Program-made: the position numbers and the translations under genes
NCBI GenBank assembly: GCA_018700895.1
Contig: JABIUV010000007.1
Coordinates: 4,640 to 68,639 of the forward strand
DNA length: 64,000 nucleotides
Source: Bacteroidota bacterium
GTDB lineage: Bacteria > Bacteroidota > Bacteroidia > NS11-12g > UBA9320
Reading direction: 5' to 3'
In this document: one piece after another, positions 57,224-64,000 of the stretch
How the letters are laid out: each line of letters opens with the position of its first letter
Position numbering within the stretch: position 1 is the first letter of the stretch
The notes under the pieces: model-generated
Seen by the model: only the letters and a program-made list of their open reading frames with translations
What the model was told of the DNA's origin: nothing
Database searches by the model: none

Positions 57224-60200
57224 CTATCGACGTAATTCCACAGTACCTTCTATAGGACCAAGCCCTTCATTCTCTTCACCAAACTTAAACGTATAGTTGA
57301 TGATATAGAAGTATGTGCCACTTGGACATTCTACTCCAGAATTATTTACTTGACCATTCCAAGAGTTGTTGATGTCGTTAGACTCAAATACTCGTTCTCC
57401 CCATCGGTTAAATATCTTGATGTTATACTCATCCAGACTTTCACCTTCTATGATGAATGTATTGTTAAATAAATCGCCGTTAGGGCTAAAGATATTATAC
57501 GGCACCAGCTTACGGATAAACGAGTTGCTTACTGGACGGCATATAGTATCCTTACATCCTTCTGCCGATGTAGCGATTAGGCATACATTATAATTGCCTT
57601 TTCTATCGTCCCAATTATAGCAATCATCTTTTTCTATACTCGTACCATTTGGTTGTGGAGATGTTTCTTCAAACGTCCACTCAAACGACACTGCATTATC
57701 AGAAGATAAATTGGTAAAGCAGAACTCAGGTCTTGCTGAACTATCTATACTAAAGTCAGCTGTAACGTTTGTTACCTCTACTTGAATAGTATCACGGTCC
57801 CAGCATCTCGGTATCTCATCATATTCCGGTGCGAGAATTACACTATATGTACCCGGCTGACCGTATGACCACGCTAGCGTGTTATTGTTAGCATCTGGTT
57901 CATTTATGGTGTCACCATTACCCATTATCCAGGATATACGTGAGTAGCGAGCATCCATAGTAGCCGTGAAGGTTATGAGCTCGTCAGGACATACAACAAG
58001 TGGATCTGCACCAATGGTCACCTCAGGTGTTGGATATACAATTACAATAATCTTTCGTTTACTGAGTAAATCTTCGCTTGTATCTGGGAATATACGTGAA
58101 CATCTACTGCCTCCTGGCACTTGATCTTCTTGTACAATGTACAGCTCATAAATACCCGGCACGGCATATACGTGACCAAAAGTATCACCTATTGCTCCAC
58201 CTGCATCCACGGCTCCATCTCCCCATATCATTTGGAATGTAGGCGAGTTTACATCACCTTGTCCGAAGTTTATTATTTCTAGGAAATCACCGGCACAAAT
58301 TTCAGCAGTATCACGTTCTCGCCATATCTTATTCCTGAACCCAAACTCTGGTTGCGGACCCGGTATGTATACAGTCTTCTTAATACTATCTATACACCCG
58401 AGCTCTGTTGTAACTATGAGTGTAACCGTAAAGCTACCTCCTGACGTATAGTTGTGCGAAGGATTTTGTAGCAAACTCTTACGTGTGCCATCTCCAAAGT
58501 CCCACAACCAACTTGTAATTTTCTCACAAGATAGTTTTGTGCCATCTGGACATTCCTTCTCACACGGATCAACAAATTTCGTGCTATCTGTAAACTCTAC
58601 AATCGATGCACAATTCACGATAGAATCACCAAATACGAAGTCTGGTGTAACTTCCGACACAAACGCTTTAAGCATAGTAGTATCTGTACAGCCGATACTA
58701 TCTCGAGCTACAATAGTTATATCATATACTCCAGGAGCTGAGTATGTCCAACGCAACGGAAGTGAACGCGTACTATCAAATTCTACTGTAGTAGAGTCCC
58801 AATCTGCCATAAATGTTTCCAGCGGTGGACTTGCAACATAGCGTGCAGGGTCATTCCAATAATCAAATGTTTTTATTGGGTAGGTAAACGGATCTTCTTC
58901 TCCGTATTGGTAGTAACGTATGTAGTCGTCTACCACTAGTTCTAAACCATTACAGATGTTATCATTCTGCAAGCTAAATTCATTTAAGAATCCAACATTG
59001 AGGTAAATTGCTGCACGAGCCTCACAACCATTGGTACTATTCAATATAGGACCTGGAGTCATTGGGCCGTTACCATATAGTAATACTGTATCTAGGGCTG
59101 TTGGGTTACAATCATCGTTATTTACCAACTCTTTGTATCGGTACACGTGACGATACAATCCAGTAAGAGTATCCTTTACGTTGTTCGCATTAGTATCGAG
59201 TAATAAGGTATCAAAACCAATTACAGACGAATCTCTAAAGTGGAGTATATGCTGCGTCTCAATAATTTGATTAGGTACTACAGTAGTATCTATACGGAAC
59301 ATTTTATCCCCCTGTCGATATACACCTATATCATTATTCTTAGGTGAGTATATCTCTTTACCAAAAGTGAAGAATTGGCTCAGTCCGGTGGTGTCAATAC
59401 ACGTAGTTCCTGCAGGTCCAAGGTAAAGAGCAATGTCTTCAGGTGGTATTTCTGAGTAGGTAAGTCCTAATTGTTGTTCGAATAAGTCTACAATTATTTG
59501 ATCAGCATTTGTTTTTACAGCAACTGTTTTCCAATCCTTGATAATAGAAGTAACAATCGTCTCTACCGTATCTGTAATAAACACATCTTGCAACCCTTCT
59601 CTTCTCAAGGCATACGTATTAGTTCTTATTACATAATTATATAACCAATCTTCTCCGTTGTATACTATATTTTCATCATTACGTCCTGCTACTGGGCCAT
59701 TATACGGCTGATAGTACTTAAACTCTTCAAAGTAGTAAGAAACCAATGGGCCTCTACCAAATCCGTTTGCTGGATAACCCCAGTTCCAACGAATTGTCTT
59801 AATACTATCTTGGAGTGATGTGTTAAATCTGAAGTAAGCTGTATCTCCAGCACACATAAAGTACTTACCATCAGCTGTAGGTTCTGGATATACAATCTCA
59901 AAAGATGCATCTAGAGGAAGTATTCTGAACATGTCTGGATAGTAGAACGTGTCAAGACAACGAGCGGGATCTGTACTTCCTGGTAACGGAGTACCGTTTC
60001 CTACGATAAGCCCTAGTGAGAATGAACCTATTGGGTTACGTGCGTATGGATCACCTATTTGACCAGAGGTATATCCTTTCACAAATTGTGTACCTAAGTT
60101 ACCACGTATATCATATGGCAACACAAAAGGAATTGGCAATCCTGGAGGAGGAGGAGCTAGTAGCCCGCCATCATAAGGCACCCAAGATGCTGTCAATGCA

Positions 60201-63200
60201 GGATCTAAAGTAGCCGTATCGTAATTCACTGCAAACCATTGTTGTGTACAACCTGGCTTAGTCTCCGATATATCGAAAGTCAGTATATAGTTAAGATTTA
60301 CTCCATCAAAAGGACATAGTGGCCCCGGCTGCAATTGCATTCCTTTTCCACTTGGAGGAGTAAGTGCTAACTGCTTGGTGCTGTTAGACTCACACATCAA
60401 TGGGTGAATGGTATCCATTTGCCAGAGTGTAACTGTATTACATGTTGCATTTTCTAAGAACCAGTTTTCTCTATGTGCCGCAGAGTCTACAAATACAGCT
60501 TGCTTTACCTTACGTACCAATAAGCCAAACTCTACTTCTTGTGTTACATAATTTGAAGGCTGAGCGTACGTGGTGTCTGGAGCATTTTCCTCAATAGATA
60601 CTTGTGGGAATATACTATCTCCAGATGAAAGTCTAAACTGCCAGTTTGGTTCTATAGTAGTGATTACAGGGCCAGTAACGCTGTAGGTAGAGCCTGGGGC
60701 AGCACCACCTGGAGGTGTTCCTACCGGTACTTCTAGCTTGAGCAAATCCAATGTAACACCAGCAGGTATAAAGAACTGCATGTCTTGATATGTTACAGTC
60801 CATTTTGTAGAACCGTTACCCGCTAATGGGTTGTTTCTACCTAATGAGTCTTCATCATGACCCAAAGTATCCGTCATATTATTGATGGAGAAGAAGGTAT
60901 CTAATGTAGCATCATAATAGAAAATTGTTCCGTAAAATGCCGATGGTGGTCGTTTGAGTGTGAAATAAAATGGCTCAAAGAACGGACCAGACGTTTGCCT
61001 TATCGAAGCGATAAGTGCGGTATCTACCCAGAAACCATCTAGCTCATTGTAAAGTGAATCAGCCACCAGTGCATTCCCTCCGGAAGGCACCGATATAGAG
61101 TCTAATACTACGCCACTTTCATCGCGTATTAAATATCTATATGATGAGTCTACAGGTACGGTAAGCACAATTGTTTTTGGCACGATCATAGTATCTGCCG
61201 AGTACACGTTTACTTGGTAACATTCTTTCAGGTTCTTATTAATTCTAGTCTCTCTGTAAGGCTGTGTATAGTTTCTTCCGTCTTGGAAAGTTCTATAAAT
61301 CTCATCCCAAGGTGTATACCAATGACAAGGAGCACTATCTATTCTGTAGTTACAGTTTATGCCTACGTTTTGATTCACCCAAGGTCTGCTATCTGTGGTA
61401 CACTGAGGAGCAAAGTTGTCTCCCATTGTCCATACACGCCATATATTGGGTCTGTAATCTCTATTAGGCATGTTTTGTGGCTGCACTACTAGAGGTATAG
61501 CAACTTGATCACCTGCACCAACCCCCGTACCTCCTGGAGGTGGTATATAGTTAAATACAAAACGAGGTCTGTTATTAATACCAAATCTATAACTTACACC
61601 AGGTGCACCTGCGATGATGTCTTTGTGCCAAGTGGTATCTCCAGTGGTGGTAGAAACAGCTGCTATTGAATCCTTTGCTGCATCATAATATACCTTAAAC
61701 CCTTGCTCCGTAATCGTATCGGTAGGCAAGGCATATACTGAATCCGAAACTAGTTGATTACCATATGAATCTTCTTCCCACTCTCTATATCTAAAAGTGT
61801 ACTGCCCATTGAATATATTAAATATTCTATCAAAGCTATATTGCGGATAATATACTAATGAGTCTTCGTCATTTCTATCAAAATCGTGTTGGTAAAATCC
61901 AGAGGCATTTGTCATACATACCGTATCCTCTATGATACACTGGTAAGTCTGCTCTATTGCTACTCTGTTTCCTGCAGATTCTATACCAGTACCTGGCCCT
62001 ACTACTTGAATAGTATCATATACTGTCACATCACACGGTCCAGAAACTACACGTAAACTTATCTGGTAAACCCCAGGACCATACGCCTGTCTTGGTGAAT
62101 TTGGCGTTAAATCTTGATCGTTGGTATTATCATTACCCCAAGGTGGTTGACCATAGTTCCACAAGAACTGACTAATAGGTGAGCCATTTAGCCCTGTCAC
62201 ATTAAATGTAGGTTGATAAGGAGCACACGACGGTGAAGTGGTAAATATTTTTGGCTCCAAGATAATGTTTACAACCCCTACTTGAGATATAAACGTATCT
62301 GAACACCCATAAGCACTTACTATAAACTCTGGCTGAAAAGCACCTGCCGTGGTATACAAATGCTCTACAATGTTGTTATCTGCATTGTTGTAATACTCTG
62401 TATTTATAGTGCCATTACCTTTTATGAAGGTGCCATCTCCCCAGTTCCATCTAAATGAATCTATATCTGATAAAGGCGGTCCAGAAATATTCTGAAAACG
62501 TCCAAGTATCTGAAAACAAGCTGGATTAGGTGGTGGAGTTACGTTAGCATAATTCGTCCCAATTTTAGGTGCCACAGAGATGTAGTCAGTATACACAATA
62601 CGTGTCAAACATCCACTCGTGTCATACGACTCTACCGTCATATCATAAGCACCACCAGATGGGTCCAAAAAGTTAAAGCATAGGTCTATTGGGAAAGTAG
62701 GATTCTCTATAATCGTATCCTGACCATCACTAAAAACGTAGCGTTGTCGCTCTATTAACCCTCCTGGAGCTACCGATGAATCGCGGAAGCAAAAGGAGTT
62801 ACCACTGTAACACTGTAAAGAATCGTTTCTTCTTATGATATGTACATCTGGCGAAGGTCTTATGAAAACATCTAACGTCCCTGTACACGGTCCAGCAAAT
62901 CCATCACCGGTGAAGGTAACGGTATAATTGCCTGATTGTGCAAAGCTAAACACTGGATTTTCAGAAGCACTTGTACTTTGTGGTGGCCCGTCACCAAACT
63001 CCCACAAAATAGTGGCAGTATGACCTGGTGAGTTCGCTTCGAAGGTGATTAATTGTCCCTCACAAAAAATACCCGAGGCACCTGCGGTACCGTCTGATCT
63101 TATAAGTTGAGGAGCACATTGTGAGTAAGCAAAAGCACTCACAAATACTAACATAAGAGCCATAAAGCCTTTACGTAGCAAATTGGTTTCAATGAATCTA

Positions 63201-63283
63201 TTCATACGTTTATTCGGTTGATGTGTATTTTCTTTTGAATTCAAAAAGTTGGTAAATTTAGCTCGCTTCTTCATAATAATCAA
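57224..63283 (-). CDS. Giant (about 2000 aa) secreted PKD/Ig-like repeat protein with a T9SS type-B C-terminal sorting domain; probable adhesin
   Basis: Candidate signal peptide MNRFIETNLLRKGFMALMLVFVSAFAYSQ, start about 63205. PKD hallmarks WEFGDGPPQS, WNWGDGTF, LWDFGDGTRKS, MIWGDGAV. C-terminus YNIFSPNGDLFNNTFIIEG...IFNRWGERVFES...WNGQVNNSGVECPSGTYFYIINY matches the CHU_C/type-B CTD. Confidence 0.85.
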   Translation of the reverse strand: MIIMKKRAKFTNFLNSKENTHQPNKRMNRFIETNLLRKGFMALMLVFVSAFAYSQCAPQLIRSDGTAGASGIFCEGQLITFEANSPGHTATILWEFGDGPPQSTSASENPVFSFAQSGNYTVTFTGDGFAGPCTGTLDVFIRPSPDVHIIRRNDSLQCYSGNSFCFRDSSVAPGGLIERQRYVFSDGQDTIIENPTFPIDLCFNFLDPSGGAYDMTVESYDTSGCLTRIVYTDYISVAPKIGTNYANVTPPPNPACFQILGRFQNISGPPLSDIDSFRWNWGDGTFIKGNGTINTEYYNNADNNIVEHLYTTAGAFQPEFIVSAYGCSDTFISQVGVVNIILEPKIFTTSPSCAPYQPTFNVTGLNGSPISQFLWNYGQPPWGNDNTNDQDLTPNSPRQAYGPGVYQISLRVVSGPCDVTVYDTIQVVGPGTGIESAGNRVAIEQTYQCIIEDTVCMTNASGFYQHDFDRNDEDSLVYYPQYSFDRIFNIFNGQYTFRYREWEEDSYGNQLVSDSVYALPTDTITEQGFKVYYDAAKDSIAAVSTTTGDTTWHKDIIAGAPGVSYRFGINNRPRFVFNYIPPPGGTGVGAGDQVAIPLVVQPQNMPNRDYRPNIWRVWTMGDNFAPQCTTDSRPWVNQNVGINCNYRIDSAPCHWYTPWDEIYRTFQDGRNYTQPYRETRINKNLKECYQVNVYSADTMIVPKTIVLTVPVDSSYRYLIRDESGVVLDSISVPSGGNALVADSLYNELDGFWVDTALIASIRQTSGPFFEPFYFTLKRPPSAFYGTIFYYDATLDTFFSINNMTDTLGHDEDSLGRNNPLAGNGSTKWTVTYQDMQFFIPAGVTLDLLKLEVPVGTPPGGAAPGSTYSVTGPVITTIEPNWQFRLSSGDSIFPQVSIEENAPDTTYAQPSNYVTQEVEFGLLVRKVKQAVFVDSAAHRENWFLENATCNTVTLWQMDTIHPLMCESNSTKQLALTPPSGKGMQLQPGPLCPFDGVNLNYILTFDISETKPGCTQQWFAVNYDTATLDPALTASWVPYDGGLLAPPPPGLPIPFVLPYDIRGNLGTQFVKGYTSGQIGDPYARNPIGSFSLGLIVGNGTPLPGSTDPARCLDTFYYPDMFRILPLDASFEIVYPEPTADGKYFMCAGDTAYFRFNTSLQDSIKTIRWNWGYPANGFGRGPLVSYYFEEFKYYQPYNGPVAGRNDENIVYNGEDWLYNYVIRTNTYALRREGLQDVFITDTVETIVTSIIKDWKTVAVKTNADQIIVDLFEQQLGLTYSEIPPEDIALYLGPAGTTCIDTTGLSQFFTFGKEIYSPKNNDIGVYRQGDKMFRIDTTVVPNQIIETQHILHFRDSSVIGFDTLLLDTNANNVKDTLTGLYRHVYRYKELVNNDDCNPTALDTVLLYGNGPMTPGPILNSTNGCEARAAIYLNVGFLNEFSLQNDNICNGLELVVDDYIRYYQYGEEDPFTYPIKTFDYWNDPARYVASPPLETFMADWDSTTVEFDSTRSLPLRWTYSAPGVYDITIVARDSIGCTDTTMLKAFVSEVTPDFVFGDSIVNCASIVEFTDSTKFVDPCEKECPDGTKLSCEKITSWLWDFGDGTRKSLLQNPSHNYTSGGSFTVTLIVTTELGCIDSIKKTVYIPGPQPEFGFRNKIWRERDTAEICAGDFLEIINFGQGDVNSPTFQMIWGDGAVDAGGAIGDTFGHVYAVPGIYELYIVQEDQVPGGSRCSRIFPDTSEDLLSKRKIIVIVYPTPEVTIGADPLVVCPDELITFTATMDARYSRISWIMGNGDTINEPDANNNTLAWSYGQPGTYSVILAPEYDEIPRCWDRDTIQVEVTNVTADFSIDSSARPEFCFTNLSSDNAVSFEWTFEETSPQPNGTSIEKDDCYNWDDRKGNYNVCLIATSAEGCKDTICRPVSNSFIRKLVPYNIFSPNGDLFNNTFIIEGESLDEYNIKIFNRWGERVFESNDINNSWNGQVNNSGVECPSGTYFYIINYTFKFGEENEGLGPIEGTVELRR

Positions 63284-63285
63284 AT

Positions 63286-64000
63286 TTACAGACGCTTAAG
63301 CATTAATCTTACATTCTTAACTTGAGGTGCCTCCCCATTCAATTGATAGCTAATCTTGGCAATGTATTCGCCTTCTTCACATTTTGCACCTTCATTATTT
63401 TTAGTTCCATTCCACTTGTAATCAGGATTTTGAGAAACAAATACGCGTTCATTCTGGAGTGTAAAAATTTGGATAGAAAAGTTTTCGTATCCTATAATAT
63501 CTACAGCATACGTATCATTCTTACCATCTCCATTGGGAGTAAAAATTTTATAAAAATTTACAGACCCAACAGCAGAAAGAGTGATGGGCAATGTGAATGT
63601 AGCATTACACGTATGGTTGATAACCTTTGCTTCTACCTTGTGTTGCCCTACTTCCATTATCGTTAACGGCAGTGCATTCAGGTTTGTTGCTATGAGTTTG
63701 TCATCCATATGCCAATTCGCAATCAAGCCTTCCTCCAATTTTAATAGGTATTTCCCTCTAGCTATCTCTTCAGAGCTAATAGTTCCCTGGAGTTCAGATA
63801 CATTTATCGCTTTAGAATTGTATCCATTAGATACGGTTAGCACATCGGCAGCAGTAATTGGCAAGGTATGTTCTTTCACTCCCTTAGCCACGCAAACACC
63901 ATTGACATACCAATCAGTCTCTTCCTCTTGCGAAAGCGTTATGATGTCACCTACACATGGCGAGCCATCAGAGACCAAGAATGTATGAGGTTTTTTATTC
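63286..64000 (-). CDS. Partial CDS, C-terminal part only: secreted protein with a T9SS type-B C-terminal domain
   Basis: C-terminus FYKIFTPNGDGKNDTYAVDIIGYENFSIQIFTLQNERVF...WNGTKNNEGAKCEEGEYIAKISY. The reading frame remains open upstream of the listed Met to the window edge. Its stop is 3 nt from the start of the giant gene. Confidence 0.7.
   Translation of the reverse strand, partial: NKKPHTFLVSDGSPCVGDIITLSQEEETDWYVNGVCVAKGVKEHTLPITAADVLTVSNGYNSKAINVSELQGTISSEEIARGKYLLKLEEGLIANWHMDDKLIATNLNALPLTIMEVGQHKVEAKVINHTCNATFTLPITLSAVGSVNFYKIFTPNGDGKNDTYAVDIIGYENFSIQIFTLQNERVFVSQNPDYKWNGTKNNEGAKCEEGEYIAKISYQLNGEAPQVKNVRLMLKRL

Noticed and set aside
1-64000. tRNA, rRNA or tmRNA genes; IS elements or integrases
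   Set aside because: All intergenic regions longer than 80 bp were scanned by eye for T-loop-like GGTTCGANTCC or cloverleaf symmetry and for transposase-like ORFs. None was found. A tRNAscan-SE or Rfam run would be needed for certainty.

Overview
This window reads as a chromosomal segment from a Bacteroidota genome (Flavobacteriia/Cytophagia-like). It is AT-rich by eye (not computed), several genes use TTG/GTG starts, and there are many secreted proteins carrying type IX secretion (T9SS) C-terminal sorting domains. About 60 genes are supported. Housekeeping genes: uvrC, pabB-like, cobB, murQ, pyrH, dcd, dnaG, mpl, an ABC-F ATPase, aroE, bshA, and a split B12-dependent metH. Operons and systems: a six-gene cluster-9 metal ABC uptake operon (37.7-44.6 kb) whose first permease carries a C-terminal DtxR/MntR-family repressor domain; a tightly overlapping lemA-TPM-TPM-exonuclease-methyltransferase operon (11.2-14.5 kb); bacillithiol-system genes (bshA, ytxJ-like); a yefM antitoxin with a decayed yoeB toxin. 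Secreted proteins: four T9SS type-B and one type-A cargo proteins, including a 2019-aa PKD-repeat giant. Un-called RNA and regulatory features: a clear SAM-I riboswitch in the metH leader; several rho-independent terminators; a perfect 13-bp hairpin in the dnaG/M20 divergent promoter region. Between 20 and 37.5 kb four genes carry inactivating lesions: yoeB (frameshift plus TGA), yraN (TAA), a secreted EF-hand protein (TAG), and an FkbM-like methyltransferase (frameshift). No rRNA, tRNA, CRISPR array, IS element or integrase was recognised in a by-eye scan of the intergenic regions. Hand-derived coordinates may be off by 1-2 nt; ORF-track coordinates were used where possible.
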